A stretch of 64,000 nt of DNA from an uncultured Candidatus Saccharibacteria bacterium (GCA_964630525.1 CAZVUY010000002.1:33760-97759), one strand, 5' to 3'. Shown: positions 1 through 10,232, counted from the first letter of the stretch. Notes: a model not told the origin generated them from the sequence alone. A program made the numbers and translations.

Positions 1-740
1 TTCCTGTCCAATTCAATATTTAAATCGCGCGCCTTTTCTGCCAAAGCCGATATTTGGGGGCCGCCCGGATATGGCAAATCAAGCATTCGAGCTACTTTGT
101 CGTAGGCTTCACCGACTGCATCGTCCAAAGTTTCGCCGATCTTTGTTTTGTTCAACCAGTTTTCAAGTAGGACGAGTTCGGTATGCCCACCACTGATCAG
201 GAGAGCAATCGCTGGAAATTTTATTTCTCTGTTTGAAAATTCCTCCGTTTTGTTAAACAAGACAGAGGCAATGTGTCCTTCCATGTGGTTTGTGCCGTGT
301 ACTGGAATTTGCCACTTTTGGCCTAGTATTTTGGCGAAAGTGATGCCGGTCCAAAGAGCTGGTTCGAGGCCGGGCCCTACCGTGACAGCTATGAGGTCAA
401 TGCTCGGGTTAGCCACACGTTCAAATGTTTTTTGCCAAATACGATCTATCTCTTCCTGGCGATCGGTATCAGCTATCAAGTTTTCATTTAAAATTTTCAA
501 GGTTTCTTCTGAGATCAGTCCAGCCTTAAAAAGACTTTCAGCCAATACTGGCAATAAGTTTCGCTGGTGCTCTCTTTTGGCTAGCCCGGGCACCACTCCA
601 CCAAAAGCACGGTGCAAATCTATTTGGCTTTGGATAGCGCTACCAAGTACGCGAAAATTGGGCGCTTCTAAACTCCCGTTTCCCTCGACAACGCTCACCG
701 CCGTCTCATCGCAACTTGTCTCAATACCCAGAATAATCAT
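1..740 (-). CDS. tsaD: tRNA N6-adenosine threonylcarbamoyltransferase TsaD (partial, runs off window start)
   Basis: Reverse strand from the ATG at 740 reads MIILGIETSCDETAVS...FGGVVPGLAKREH...IAVTVGPGLEPALWTG...TNHMEGH...ALLISGGHT...GETLDDAVGEAYDKVARMLDLPYPGGP. It is absent from the ORF track because there is no stop in the window. Confidence 0.97.
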   Translation of the reverse strand, partial: MIILGIETSCDETAVSVVEGNGSLEAPNFRVLGSAIQSQIDLHRAFGGVVPGLAKREHQRNLLPVLAESLFKAGLISEETLKILNENLIADTDRQEEIDRIWQKTFERVANPSIDLIAVTVGPGLEPALWTGITFAKILGQKWQIPVHGTNHMEGHIASVLFNKTEEFSNREIKFPAIALLISGGHTELVLLENWLNKTKIGETLDDAVGEAYDKVARMLDLPYPGGPQISALAEKARDLNIELDR

Positions 741-842
741 GGTGACCAAAGTATAGCGATTTCTGGCAAAAAATCATCTCGAGCGCGTTTCTGTTTGCTT
801 TTTAATTATTTTAATTGTATAAAGTAGTTGGAGGTATTGTCG

Positions 843-1238
843 GTGAAAATCAGAAGAAATGGTTTGACCGCTCTCAGACTTTGGCTCAGGAACCTGAAGC
901 GGGATATTTTTCCGACCGAGAAAGATGATCGGATTAGGATCAACAAAGCCAAAGGAAGAGCCAAGTTGGTGAATCATCACGAATTGTCCGTGGTTCGTTG
1001 TATTCCAACGATTGACGGTTGTTATCTTACGTTGCTTTGTATGCAGAATCCGGCAGAGGATTACTCGGTGACCGTTTTTTTTCCCGGCGTAGCCGATTGT
1101 AATGCTAATTCCCTAGCGCGGGTGGAGTTTTCAGAAACTCCGCACGCCAAACTTTTTTCTGTGTATAAATCTGGTTACGTTTGGAAGGTTGGAACGTATC
1201 TCAACGTAACCAGTGTGAGAACCAGAGTAGTTTGTTGA
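843..1238 (+). CDS. hypothetical protein (ORFan cassette)
   Basis: ORF 828..1238. A GGAGGT SD precedes the GTG at 843, a TTGCTT-17-TATAAA promoter lies upstream and a GC hairpin with a T-run lies downstream. Confidence 0.6.
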   Translation: MKIRRNGLTALRLWLRNLKRDIFPTEKDDRIRINKAKGRAKLVNHHELSVVRCIPTIDGCYLTLLCMQNPAEDYSVTVFFPGVADCNANSLARVEFSETPHAKLFSVYKSGYVWKVGTYLNVTSVRTRVVC

Positions 1239-1300
1239 TCGATTCAATTTTAAACCCCCCTCGGCTGGTCCGGGCGGGGTTTTGTCTTTACTGACTGACC

Positions 1301-1705
1301 TTATCTATTTAAATAAGTTATTGTCAGTTGCAGGCAAGTGGCAAAGGTCACCCAAAGGAAGTAGGGCACATTGGCATAAGCGACCCAACGAAGCTCCGGT
1401 GCGGACTGCCAAATGGCGTAGAGAGCCAAGCCGAGAGTGATCAAAACAAGCACAATATCGATCGAAGCTAGCAGATTATTTTTTAGTCCAAATTGCAGGG
1501 GAGTGAAAGCGAAGTTGAAAATGAGATTGAGCACGAAAGGCAAGGCGGTCATTGGCGGAATCTGCCTGGTCAGAGCTTTATAAAAAACGGTGCCAAATGA
1601 GACGGCGATGATCGTATACAAAACTGTCCAGACTGGTCCAAAAAGCCAGCTCGGCGGCGCCCATGAAGGTTTTATAATTTGTGAGTACCAATTGTAGGTG
1701 GACAT
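1301..1705 (-). CDS. tspO: TspO/MBR family tryptophan-rich sensory protein
   Basis: WY...KPSWAPPSWLFGPVWTVLY, LNLIFNFAFTPLQFG and PYFLWVTFATCL motifs. Confidence 0.93.
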   Translation of the reverse strand: MSTYNWYSQIIKPSWAPPSWLFGPVWTVLYTIIAVSFGTVFYKALTRQIPPMTALPFVLNLIFNFAFTPLQFGLKNNLLASIDIVLVLITLGLALYAIWQSAPELRWVAYANVPYFLWVTFATCLQLTITYLNR

Positions 1706-1716
1706 GGGTGATGCAA

Positions 1717-1788
1717 TGACCCTACGCGGAATCGAACCGCGCTTTTCGCCTTGAAAAGGCGACGTCCTAACCGATAGACGATAGGGCC
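1717..1788 (-). tRNA. tRNA-Glu(TTC)
   Basis: Cloverleaf GGCCCTA...TCGCC-TT-TTC-AA-GGCGA...GGTTCGATTCC...TAGGGTCA; CCA not encoded. Confidence 0.95.
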
Positions 1789-1820
1789 CCCACTACGCTA
1801 AAGCTTCGCGGGGCAAGCCC
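1789..1820. repeat. REP-like palindrome cccactacgctaaagcttcgcgggg
   Basis: Imperfect hairpin, with a near-identical copy in frame inside dus at 48336-48361. Confidence 0.6.
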
Positions 1821-1967
1821 TTAGAAACTAGTAGGTAGAGACGGGAAAATCATAACATTTTTTGAGAAGATTGCAAAAAGGTGATACCTTTGTATGAAAG
1901 GCTGTCTGAGCTATCTAAAAAGCTAGGGCAACCAACGGCCTCCTTTGTGAAAACTATGGCGGCCGAG

Positions 1968-2057
1968 GGAAGGGTGGCTGAGTGGTTTAAGGCACCGGTT
2001 TCGAAAACCGGCGTAGGGGAAACTCTACCGTGGGTTCAAATCCCACCCCTTCCGCCA
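1968..2057 (+). tRNA. tRNA-Ser(CGA)
   Basis: GGAAGGG/CCCTTCC acceptor, CCGGT-TT-CGA-AA-ACCGG, long variable arm, encoded CCA. Confidence 0.96.
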
Positions 2058-2084
2058 AATGTATTTTTCTGCTAAGATACAGGC

Positions 2085-2753
2085 ATGATCATCTCATATC
2101 AGGGGGCGCAGTCTTTCAAAGTACAGTTTGGGGATACGGTATTGGCTTTTGATCCGATTTCCAAAGATTCCCGCCTCATCGGTGGGCAAGCGAAGCTCAA
2201 GGCGAGCAGTTTTGGTGCAGATGTGGCCCTGATCTCTCTCAATCATCCAGATATGAACGGTGCGGCGCAAGCAAGCCGAGGCGAGAAAGAAGCTTTCGTA
2301 GTGAGCGGTCCTGGCGAGTATGAGATCAAAGGTATTTTTATAAAAGGGTTGCCCTCAGTTTCGCATTATGGTGGCGAGGAGAGAATCAATACCATCTACA
2401 CTGTCAATTTGGAAAATATCAATCTTTGTTTTTTGGGGGCGCTCAGCGATATCAATCTTTCCAGCGCGACCAAAGAAGCGATCGATGGAGTGGATATTTT
2501 GTTTGTGCCAGTCGGCAGTGCTTCGAGTGACGAGAAATCAAATCAGGGGACTTTAAGTGCGGGTGAGGCTTACAAATTTGCAGTGTCGCTCGAACCCTCT
2601 ATAATTATTCCTATGAACTACACTGACGCTTCCCTCAAAGCGTTTATGAAGGAGGGAGGTGCAGAAGACGTGAAGCCGGTAGACAAGCTAACCATCAAGA
2701 AAAAAGATTTGGAAGGCAAAGAGAGTGAGATCGTAGTTTTGGATGCTCAATAA
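2085..2753 (+). CDS. MBL-fold metallo-hydrolase (Lactamase_B_3-like)
   Basis: ISYQGAQSFKV, ADVALISLNHPDMN, SGPGEYEIKGI, VDILFVPVG and LEPSIIIPM motifs. Confidence 0.85.
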   Translation: MIISYQGAQSFKVQFGDTVLAFDPISKDSRLIGGQAKLKASSFGADVALISLNHPDMNGAAQASRGEKEAFVVSGPGEYEIKGIFIKGLPSVSHYGGEERINTIYTVNLENINLCFLGALSDINLSSATKEAIDGVDILFVPVGSASSDEKSNQGTLSAGEAYKFAVSLEPSIIIPMNYTDASLKAFMKEGGAEDVKPVDKLTIKKKDLEGKESEIVVLDAQ

Positions 2754-2762
2754 TCAATCCAA

Positions 2763-3107
2763 ATGATTGTCAAAAAATATAGGCAAATAATGGCACAAGA
2801 AGAGTCCTATCGTCAGAAATGGGCGACCGGGCTTGCAGTCAGTTTGTCTCTGGTTATTTTTGTCGGCTTCGCTTTTTATAAAGGCTATCTCGGTTTTGAA
2901 AATTCAAAATCAGTTGCCCAAAAGCCAACTTTGGAGCTCGCGAGCGTAGTTTCAGCCGAAAAAGCCCCTTCACCGATTGATGGTTCCAAACAAAATCTCA
3001 AGTCTCTTTTTTACGAAATCGACAATCAATACCAATCTTTCAAAGATTCACTTGCCAATGTGCTCGTGCCGTTTATTACCGGGATTGAAGTTTACGAGAG
3101 GGAATGA
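2763..3107 (+). CDS. hypothetical single-pass membrane protein
   Basis: 114-aa ORF with one hydrophobic helix, co-oriented with its neighbours. Confidence 0.7.
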   Translation: MIVKKYRQIMAQEESYRQKWATGLAVSLSLVIFVGFAFYKGYLGFENSKSVAQKPTLELASVVSAEKAPSPIDGSKQNLKSLFYEIDNQYQSFKDSLANVLVPFITGIEVYERE

Positions 3108-3110
3108 CTC

Positions 3111-3185
3111 GACACTAATTACGAATTGGCACGAATTTACAAATGGAATATTCGTGTTATTCGTATGAATTCGTGGATTGGTGTC
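3111..3185. repeat. inverted array of ACGAAT-core short repeats
   Basis: gacactaat-acgaat-acgaat... mirrored by attcgt-attcgt-attcgt...attggtgtc. Confidence 0.7.
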
Positions 3186-3220
3186 GCATTGATTTTTGTT
3201 TGCTTTTTTGCTATTATTGA

Positions 3221-5695
3221 ATGGCTAAAATGGCTAAAAAAGAGGAAAAAAACGATGAAATTCTAAATACTGGGTCTAGTGTGGTGTCGCGCTCGATCGT
3301 GACCGAGATGAAAAAATCCTTCATCGACTATGCCATGTCGGTGATCACTGATCGAGCTTTGCCGGATGTGCGCGATGGCCTAAAGCCGGTTCACCGCCGC
3401 ATTCTCTATGCCATGCATACCATGGGCCTCACCGCTTCGGCTAAGTCTCGAAAGTCGGCCACAGTGGTGGGAGAAGTTTTGGGTAACTACCACCCGCACG
3501 GCGATGTCGCTGCTTATGATGCGATGGTCAAGATGGCTCAAGATTTCGGCTATCGTTACCCACTGATCGTCGGTCAGGGAAACTTTGGTTCAATTGACGG
3601 AGATTCACCAGCGGCGATGCGTTACACCGAAGCCAAGATGAGTCGGATCGCCGGCGAACTTTTGCGTGATATAGGCAAGGAGACGGTCAATTGGGTACCC
3701 AACTACGATGCCACCAAAAAAGAGCCGGCAGTTTTGCCGAGCGCAGCTCCGCAGCTTTTGCTCAACGGCACCTTGGGTATTGCGGTTGGTATGGCGACCA
3801 ATGTGCCACCCCACAATCTAAGAGAAGTGGTAGATGCGACTGTTTATTTGATAGACAACAAAGAGGCGACAACTGAAGATTTGCTGGAATTTGTCCAAGG
3901 TCCGGATTTCCCACTGGGTGGTGTTATTTTCAATGCCAAAGATATCCAACATGCCTATTCGACTGGTCGCGGCGGGGTGGTTTGCCGAGGAGTGGCTGAG
4001 ATCGTGGAAGATAAAAATATTTCCCAAATAGTCATCACTTCTCTACCTTATCGAGTCAATAAACAGTCTCTTGTTGAAAAAATAGCAGAGTTGGTTCGTG
4101 ATAAAAAACTTGAAGGCATCAAGGGTTTGCGTGACGAATCGACCAAGGACATTCGAGTGGTGATCGATCTCAAAAACGGTAGTTATCCGCAAAAAGTACT
4201 CAACTTTCTCTATAAACACACTCAACTTGAGGAAACTTTCCATTTCAACTTGGTGGCGCTCGTAGACGGCGTACCTCAGACCCTTTCGCTCAAAGGTATT
4301 TTGGAGGAGTTTATCAAACATCGACAGATAGTGGTGCGTCGGCGCACCGAATTTGACTTGCGCGAAGCCGAAGCGAGAGAGCATATCTTGCTCGGTCTCA
4401 AAAAGGCACTTGATCATATCGACGAGATCATCAAATTGATCAAGAAGAGCAAGGACGTGGATACCGCTAGAGCAAACTTGATGAAGGAGTTCAAATTCTC
4501 CGAGATTCAAGCCAACGCTATTTTGGAAATGCGACTCCAGAAACTCGCCGGTCTTGAAAGGCAGAAGATCGAAGATGAACTCAATGCGGTGCAGGCTCTG
4601 ATCAAAGAACTCAAAGATATTCTAAGCAATCCCAAAAAGATCCTCTCTATTATCAAGAAGGAACTTTCTGAAATCAGTCAAAAATATGGCGATGATCGTC
4701 GTACCAAGGTGATCAAAGGCGGTGTCAAAGTGCTTTCGATCGAAGATTTGATCGCTGACGAAGACAACACCCTTATTCTGACTGCTGGTGGCTACGTGAA
4801 GCGCACTCACCCAGACGAATATCGCAAACAAAAACGCGGCGGGGTGGGAGTGGTTGATTTGGATACCAAGGAAGAAGATTTTGTAACCAACTTTTTAACA
4901 GCCAGCACTCATTCAGACCTCTTATTCTTCACGGATCGAGGTAAGGCTTACCAAATCAAGATGCACGAATTGCCGGAAGGCAAGCGAGCGACGCGCGGCA
5001 AGTCGATCATGAATTTCCTCTCGCTTTCGGAAGGGGAGAAGGTGACCTCAATCTTACCAATGCCTAAAAATTTGAAAGAAAATAAAGATTTGTCGCTACT
5101 TATGGTGACCAGCGATGGTACCGGCAAAAAAGTTTCAGCTGCCAGTTTCCATGATGTGCGAGCGAGCGGTATTATCGCGATCAGACTTTCTGATGGGGAT
5201 CGGTTGGTATCGGTTTCGGCGGTTACCAAGGGAGATACCTGTGTGGTAGTGACTGCCAAGGGCCAATCAATCCGGTTTAAGGAAAATGATGTTAGGGAAA
5301 TGGGTCGGACTGCCGGTGGAGTGAGAGTGATTAAGTTGAGCAAAAATGACCGGGTGGTTGGCGCTCATCCAGTACCGAAAGAAAAAGAGAAAGACGCTGC
5401 TCTTTTGACCATGGGTGCAGGTGGTTATGGCAAGAAGACTCCGATTGGTGAATACAAAATACAAAATCGTGGTGGCAGCGGTATCAAGACCAGCAATGTG
5501 ACAGCGAAGACTGGCGAGATTATCGCTTCAGCGGTGGTTACCGGTGAAGAGGAGGAGGCAGTGGCTATGTCTAAAAAGAGCCAAGTGATCCGCCTCGGCC
5601 TCTCTGAAATACCGTCATTGGGCCGCTCTACTCAAGGAGTCCGTATCATGAAGCTCTACCCTGGTGACTCCATCGCTTCTTTCATTTGTCTATAG
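3221..5695 (+). CDS. gyrA: DNA gyrase subunit A
   Basis: [22 protein letters not shown], catalytic AAMRYTE, GyrA-box QKRGGVG and C-terminal beta-pinwheel repeats. Confidence 0.98.
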   Translation: MAKMAKKEEKNDEILNTGSSVVSRSIVTEMKKSFIDYAMSVITDRALPDVRDGLKPVHRRILYAMHTMGLTASAKSRKSATVVGEVLGNYHPHGDVAAYDAMVKMAQDFGYRYPLIVGQGNFGSIDGDSPAAMRYTEAKMSRIAGELLRDIGKETVNWVPNYDATKKEPAVLPSAAPQLLLNGTLGIAVGMATNVPPHNLREVVDATVYLIDNKEATTEDLLEFVQGPDFPLGGVIFNAKDIQHAYSTGRGGVVCRGVAEIVEDKNISQIVITSLPYRVNKQSLVEKIAELVRDKKLEGIKGLRDESTKDIRVVIDLKNGSYPQKVLNFLYKHTQLEETFHFNLVALVDGVPQTLSLKGILEEFIKHRQIVVRRRTEFDLREAEAREHILLGLKKALDHIDEIIKLIKKSKDVDTARANLMKEFKFSEIQANAILEMRLQKLAGLERQKIEDELNAVQALIKELKDILSNPKKILSIIKKELSEISQKYGDDRRTKVIKGGVKVLSIEDLIADEDNTLILTAGGYVKRTHPDEYRKQKRGGVGVVDLDTKEEDFVTNFLTASTHSDLLFFTDRGKAYQIKMHELPEGKRATRGKSIMNFLSLSEGEKVTSILPMPKNLKENKDLSLLMVTSDGTGKKVSAASFHDVRASGIIAIRLSDGDRLVSVSAVTKGDTCVVVTAKGQSIRFKENDVREMGRTAGGVRVIKLSKNDRVVGAHPVPKEKEKDAALLTMGAGGYGKKTPIGEYKIQNRGGSGIKTSNVTAKTGEIIASAVVTGEEEEAVAMSKKSQVIRLGLSEIPSLGRSTQGVRIMKLYPGDSIASFICL

Positions 5696-6340
5696 TTCCT
5701 CCCAGTCAGTACAAAGGGTGCCCCTTTGCATGTAAATTCCCTTCGTTTCTTTTTCAAATCCTTCCTTGTTGCCAAAAATATTCGGAAAAATATCTTTTGA
5801 TATTATTGGCAAACTCACATTTCTTAAATTGGTAAAATCTGTAAAACTACTCCATTTATAGTTAATTGGACTATTAGTTAAGCCGTCTTTTACTGGGTTC
5901 ATATGTATATATGAAGATATCCACCTCAGCTGTTGATCTGTTTCAATCCTGACAGCCTTAAATTGATCCTGAAAAACATGACCCACTCTATTGTACTTTT
6001 TATTTATATACATTGAAAAACTGGTACACAATCTTAACATCAAACTCGAGATTGGTTGATTTTTTAATTGCTCTATAAGCAAATGAAAATGATTTGGCAT
6101 TAGACAAAATGCATGTATTTTAAATGAATTTTTATCTGCCGTGAATTTAATTCTTGATTTGGGGAAAAACAACAAATCATGATCCAGTTCTTTTTTATCA
6201 AAACCCAATGCCAAGCCTAATCTAAATAAAAAAGCTCTATTATCGTCATTATCAAGAAAAACTTTTTCTCGGTTATTACCTCTATTATAAACATGATAAA
6301 TAGAGTTCGGTTGAAAATTTTTATAATCTCTTTTTCTCAC
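5690..6340 (-). mobile_element. REP-associated tyrosine transposase (RAYT, IS200-like Y1 HUH)
   Basis: YHVYNRGNN, AFCLMPNHFHLL (HUH), GHVFQDQFKA, YIHMNPV and YKWSS motifs. The gene is AT-rich and bracketed by identical 17-bp palindromes. Confidence 0.92.
5712..5728. repeat. REP palindrome CAAAGGGTGCCCCTTTG (copy 1)
   Basis: Identical 17-mer at 5712, 6354 and 48446. Confidence 0.9.
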
Positions 6341-6353
6341 ACTTCAATTATAA

Positions 6354-6370
6354 CAAAGGGTGCCCCTTTG
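6354..6370. repeat. REP palindrome CAAAGGGTGCCCCTTTG (copy 2)
   Basis: Lies immediately upstream of the RAYT start and is identical to copy 1. Confidence 0.9.
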
Positions 6371-6427
6371 TGCTACGTATTCAACAGTTTTTAGGGATTG
6401 GGATTTTGGATTTGCTATAATATAACC

Positions 6428-7708
6428 ATGACAAAATTTCAGTTGATCGTCACTGGCATTTTCGGTGCTTTCTTGGTGATCGGGATTATTATTTTCTCAG
6501 CTTACCGAGGTTCCTCGGAAGACGCAGCCAAGATAGTTGTCTGGGGCACCATCTCTAACCTGGCTTTCAATGACATCATCCAATCCACCTCACTCTACCA
6601 AAACAAACTTTTTGATATCACTTATGTACAAAAATCAGAAGCTAGTTTCGACGCTGACTTTATAGACGCACTGGCTTCTGGTACCGGGCCAGACCTTTTC
6701 ATTCTACCGAGTAACAAAATTCTCAAGCATTACAACAAAATTTTCCTGATCCCTTACAATGTTTTCACCGAGCGACAATTCAAAGATTCTTTTATTGAAG
6801 GAGCAGAAATCTACATGGCCCCCGATGGTATTGTTGGGCTACCTATCTACACCGACCCCTTGGTAATGTATTGGAATCGGGCGATCTTTCGCGACGCCAA
6901 ACTTACAGAGCCACCCAAATATTGGGATGAGTTTTACAATCTCGCCAACCTTATCTCGGTCAAAGATGGGGCGCTCAATATTTTGAAAAGCGCGGTTGCT
7001 TTCGGTGAGTTTGCCAACGTCACCAACGCCAAAGAGATAATTGTCAATTTGGCGATGCAGGCCGGTACCCCAGTCACTCTCTGGAATGCGGGTAAGGTGC
7101 AAAGTGTTTTCAATTTTACTTTTGATAAGCCGACTGTTCCAGCCGAAGCGGCGGTCAATTTTTACACCGAATTTGGCAACCCAACCAAACCCTCATACTC
7201 TTGGAACCGTTCTCTACCGAGTTCAGCCAACTACTTTTTAGGCGGAGATTTAGCTTTGTACTTTGGTTTTGCGAGCGAGGTGACTAATCTACAAGTCAAA
7301 AATCCTAACTTGAATTTCGATGTGGCGAGGGTCCCTGTCTCCCGGGAAGGAGGTACTCTGGTTTCTTATGCTGATTTTGGTGCCCTCGCTATCACCAAAT
7401 CTTCTAAAAATCCAAACGCCGCTTTCCAGGTAGCCTCCATCCTCTCCGGTAGCGAGGGGGCCAGTGCCTTTAGCGCTGCTCTAAGATTGCCTTCGGCTCG
7501 GCGTGACCTGCTCAACAAGAGGCCGGAAAATGCTTATCAAAGTGTCTTCCGGGACAGTGCGATCAGGGCCAAGAGTTGGCTTGATCCAGACCAGGCGATG
7601 AGCGATCAGATTTTCAAAAACATGATTGAGTCGATCACAAGCGGTCGAGCGAGGACTACCGCCGCCGTCTCCCGTGCTCACCAAGAACTTTCTAACCTTT
7701 TAAAATAA
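6428..7708 (+). CDS. extracellular solute-binding protein (family 1-like)
   Basis: N-terminal TM, then IVVWGT, ALASGTGPDLF, LVMYWNRAIF, PPKYWDEF and NFDVARVP. The ATG at 6428 lies just after TATAAT. Confidence 0.85.
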   Translation: MTKFQLIVTGIFGAFLVIGIIIFSAYRGSSEDAAKIVVWGTISNLAFNDIIQSTSLYQNKLFDITYVQKSEASFDADFIDALASGTGPDLFILPSNKILKHYNKIFLIPYNVFTERQFKDSFIEGAEIYMAPDGIVGLPIYTDPLVMYWNRAIFRDAKLTEPPKYWDEFYNLANLISVKDGALNILKSAVAFGEFANVTNAKEIIVNLAMQAGTPVTLWNAGKVQSVFNFTFDKPTVPAEAAVNFYTEFGNPTKPSYSWNRSLPSSANYFLGGDLALYFGFASEVTNLQVKNPNLNFDVARVPVSREGGTLVSYADFGALAITKSSKNPNAAFQVASILSGSEGASAFSAALRLPSARRDLLNKRPENAYQSVFRDSAIRAKSWLDPDQAMSDQIFKNMIESITSGRARTTAAVSRAHQELSNLLK

Positions 7709-7709
7709 T

Positions 7710-8108
7710 ATGAGGAAAGTTATATTCAGTATCATTTTGACGATCATATTGCTGGTGCCGGTTGTACCGGTTTTGGCTCAGGGTAGTTTTATACCTTGTG
7801 GTGGTTACGACGAGGCCGGCAAGCAACAACCGGAATGCGGCTACTATGATCTGCTCAAGATGATAAATACTATTATCAAGTGGATCATCATTGTCTCTGC
7901 GCCAGTCGCGGCTGGGGTGATGGCTTGGGCGGGTTTTATGTACATGACAAGCGGGGTAGTCGATCAGAAAGCGGCGGCTAAAAAAATGATGTGGAAAGTT
8001 TTGATCGGCTTTGCTTTTATTCTCGGTGCCTGGCTCATAGTTTCCACTTTGCTCGATGCACTGCTTGCTGACAGTTTTAGAGATGCGGTGCCTGTTAATT
8101 TCAAGTAA
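7710..8108 (+). CDS. VirB2/TrbC-like pilin 1
   Basis: Signal peptide, a Cys pair and two TMs (AGFMYMTSG...AKKMMWKVLIG...GAWLIV). Confidence 0.8.
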   Translation: MRKVIFSIILTIILLVPVVPVLAQGSFIPCGGYDEAGKQQPECGYYDLLKMINTIIKWIIIVSAPVAAGVMAWAGFMYMTSGVVDQKAAAKKMMWKVLIGFAFILGAWLIVSTLLDALLADSFRDAVPVNFK

Positions 8109-8117
8109 AATAAAGAC

Positions 8118-8573
8118 ATGTCAAAATTTTTGAAAACAATTGCTCCATTCCTTGCTAATTTTATACTGATGTTTGTTCTGGTGATGCCTCTACTCTCTCG
8201 TTCTCAAGGAGTTAACAACCCGCCTCCTGGTGGAGTTAACAATCCGCCTCCTGGCGGCAGCGGTAAGGTAATAAATATCGAGAATCCATTCAAGTGTCCT
8301 TCTGGTAGTGGTGCTAACAACAAATGCACTATTCCAGATTTTATAGAGGTCATTATCAGAAAAATTTTGATGCCGATCGGCGGGGTGGTAGCGGTTCTCA
8401 TGGTCATGTGGGCGGGCTTTCTTTATGTGACAGCGGGTGGTAATGAGACCCAGATCAAAAAAGCGCACGATGCTCTGCTATCGGCGGTGATCGGTGCCGC
8501 CATCCTACTTGGTGCTTGGGCGATAGCCTCTGCCATCCAGGCCACCATCAATGAGCTGAGCGCGACAAGTTAA
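8118..8573 (+). CDS. VirB2/TrbC-like pilin 2
   Basis: IENP motif and AGFLYVTAGGNETQIKKAHDALLSAVIGAAILLGAW; contains a 24-bp tandem duplication (GVNNPPPG x2). Confidence 0.85.
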   Translation: MSKFLKTIAPFLANFILMFVLVMPLLSRSQGVNNPPPGGVNNPPPGGSGKVINIENPFKCPSGSGANNKCTIPDFIEVIIRKILMPIGGVVAVLMVMWAGFLYVTAGGNETQIKKAHDALLSAVIGAAILLGAWAIASAIQATINELSATS

Positions 8574-8582
8574 TAAGCGGCA

Positions 8583-8939
8583 ATGAAAAAACCAATCTAC
8601 CTCAAAATATTTATAACCTCCATTCTGGCTACACCGCTGTTTGCCTGGGCCTTCCCTCGAGATTTGACTGGGATTATAAACATGTTTATCGACATTGGTT
8701 TGCGAGTCATCCCGTTCCTCGGCACGGGCGCCTTCCTAGTATTCGTGCTCGGAGTTGCCAAGTTTATCCGATCAGCCGGTAGCGAAAAGGAGATCAAAGA
8801 TAGCAAAAATCTGCTGATCTGGGGTGTCGTCGGCCTTTTTGTGCTGGTCACAGTCTGGGGGATTGTCTCTTTTCTACGAAGCGAGTTTGGTTTTGAGGGT
8901 GGGGTAGGGATACCGCAGGTCAGATTGAAATCAAATTAA
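8583..8939 (+). CDS. VirB2/TrbC-like pilin 3
   Basis: GVAKFI...KNLLIWGVVGLFVLVTVWGIV. Confidence 0.8.
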   Translation: MKKPIYLKIFITSILATPLFAWAFPRDLTGIINMFIDIGLRVIPFLGTGAFLVFVLGVAKFIRSAGSEKEIKDSKNLLIWGVVGLFVLVTVWGIVSFLRSEFGFEGGVGIPQVRLKSN

Positions 8940-8949
8940 TTTAAAAGTT

Positions 8950-9258
8950 ATGGGAATAGTTGGTATTATTGATTCGGCTACAAGTATAATCAAAAATGTG
9001 CTAATACCATTAGCTTTCGCTTTATGTTTGTTATATTTCTTTTGGGGTGTGGTGATATACATAAGGAAAGGGGTGGGTAGCGAAGAGGCCGCCAAAGAGG
9101 GCAAGAGGGTGATGGTATTCGGTATCATAGGTCTTTTTGTGGCGGTAGCGGTCTGGGGTATTGTATCTTTTATCCAAAGTGAGCTTGGTATTTTACCAAT
9201 TGAAAATATAGAAAGACCAGGATCAGAATATACCACCGAGAATATTATATACCAGTAA
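8950..9258 (+). CDS. VirB2/TrbC-like pilin 4
   Basis: FFWGVVIYI...EGKRVMVFGIIGLFVAVAVWGIV. Confidence 0.8.
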   Translation: MGIVGIIDSATSIIKNVLIPLAFALCLLYFFWGVVIYIRKGVGSEEAAKEGKRVMVFGIIGLFVAVAVWGIVSFIQSELGILPIENIERPGSEYTTENIIYQ

Positions 9259-9278
9259 TAATTTATCAGACTTAGAAA

Positions 9279-9701
9279 ATGAAAATGCCAAATAAAAATT
9301 ATAGTTATCTTGCTTTAGTAATATTTTGTTGGCCTGTTTTTGCTGGTGCAGAAGTATTTGGTAAAACCAGAGGTATTTTGGAAAGTTTGGCTAGTATAGT
9401 AGGCAGAGTTTTGATACCACTCGTCTTTTCTTTGGCCGTACTCTTCTTTTTATATGGGGTGACCAAGTATATTTGGTCAGAAGGCGATAAGAAAGAAGAT
9501 GGAAAGAAGGTGATGGTCTGGGGGGTGGTCGCTTTATTTGTCATGTCCTCAGTGTGGGGCTTGGTGGCTTTTATTGAAAAGGAGCTTTTGGGTAGTTCTT
9601 CTCCTAAAAATGTTAAGATACCGACTATTGGAGGTTCTGCCAATGGTGGTGGTGATCCAGAGTGTGTACCGGATCCGATCAGTGGTAATCCTTGTCCGTA
9701 A
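9279..9701 (+). CDS. VirB2/TrbC-like pilin 5
   Basis: FFLYGVTKYI...DGKKVMVWGVVALFVMSSVWGLV, with a C-terminal Cys pair. Confidence 0.8.
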   Translation: MKMPNKNYSYLALVIFCWPVFAGAEVFGKTRGILESLASIVGRVLIPLVFSLAVLFFLYGVTKYIWSEGDKKEDGKKVMVWGVVALFVMSSVWGLVAFIEKELLGSSSPKNVKIPTIGGSANGGGDPECVPDPISGNPCP

Positions 9702-9799
9702 ATGTCCTGTGGATATTGTTTGATGTTTTATAAATAAAGTTATATACTGTTTAGGAAATTAAAATGGTCGTTCATTTTATTATTATTTTATAAAATTGT

Positions 9800-10153
9800 A
9801 TGAGTACAAAAATCAAAATCGGAACATTGGTGGCGAGCGCATTCTTTTTGCCTCTAGTTTCTTTTGCTGCTCTTGAGAATATTACTGAATTAGTTGGCGA
9901 TATCGGAGAGATCATCAACACTATTATTCCGATAATGTTTGCCATTGCTCTGATCGGTTTCTTCTATGGTTTGATCAAATACATCTTTGGTGCCGAGCAC
10001 GACAAAGAGGCAGCCAAGAAGACTATGATCTGGGGTATAGTAGCTCTTTTTGTTATGAGCGCTGTCTGGGGTCTTGTCAATTTCTTAGGAACCGCTGTAG
10101 GTGTTGATCCAACGGATGCACCGGATGTTAGTGGCTTGATTCCTAATAACTAG
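9800..10153 (+). CDS. VirB2/TrbC-like pilin 6
   Basis: Signal peptide, FFYGLIKYI...AKKTMIWGIVALFVMSAVWGLV, and its own upstream -10 (TATACT). Confidence 0.82.
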   Translation: MSTKIKIGTLVASAFFLPLVSFAALENITELVGDIGEIINTIIPIMFAIALIGFFYGLIKYIFGAEHDKEAAKKTMIWGIVALFVMSAVWGLVNFLGTAVGVDPTDAPDVSGLIPNN

Positions 10154-10232
10154 TTCGTAAATAGTTGTTCACAAAAAACAGGACATAGTCCTGTTTTTTG
10201 ATTTTATAGAAACATTCGTATAAAATATTGTT

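Noticed and set aside
148-756. 202-aa + strand ORF
   Set aside because: It is the antisense shadow of tsaD.
1881-2075. ORFs overlapping tRNA genes (also 33583-33792 and the 35249 start)
   Set aside because: They overlap well-formed tRNAs and are spurious or over-extended.
8208-8256. 24-bp tandem duplication in pilin 2
   Set aside because: It is a simple Pro/Gly linker duplication with only two units.
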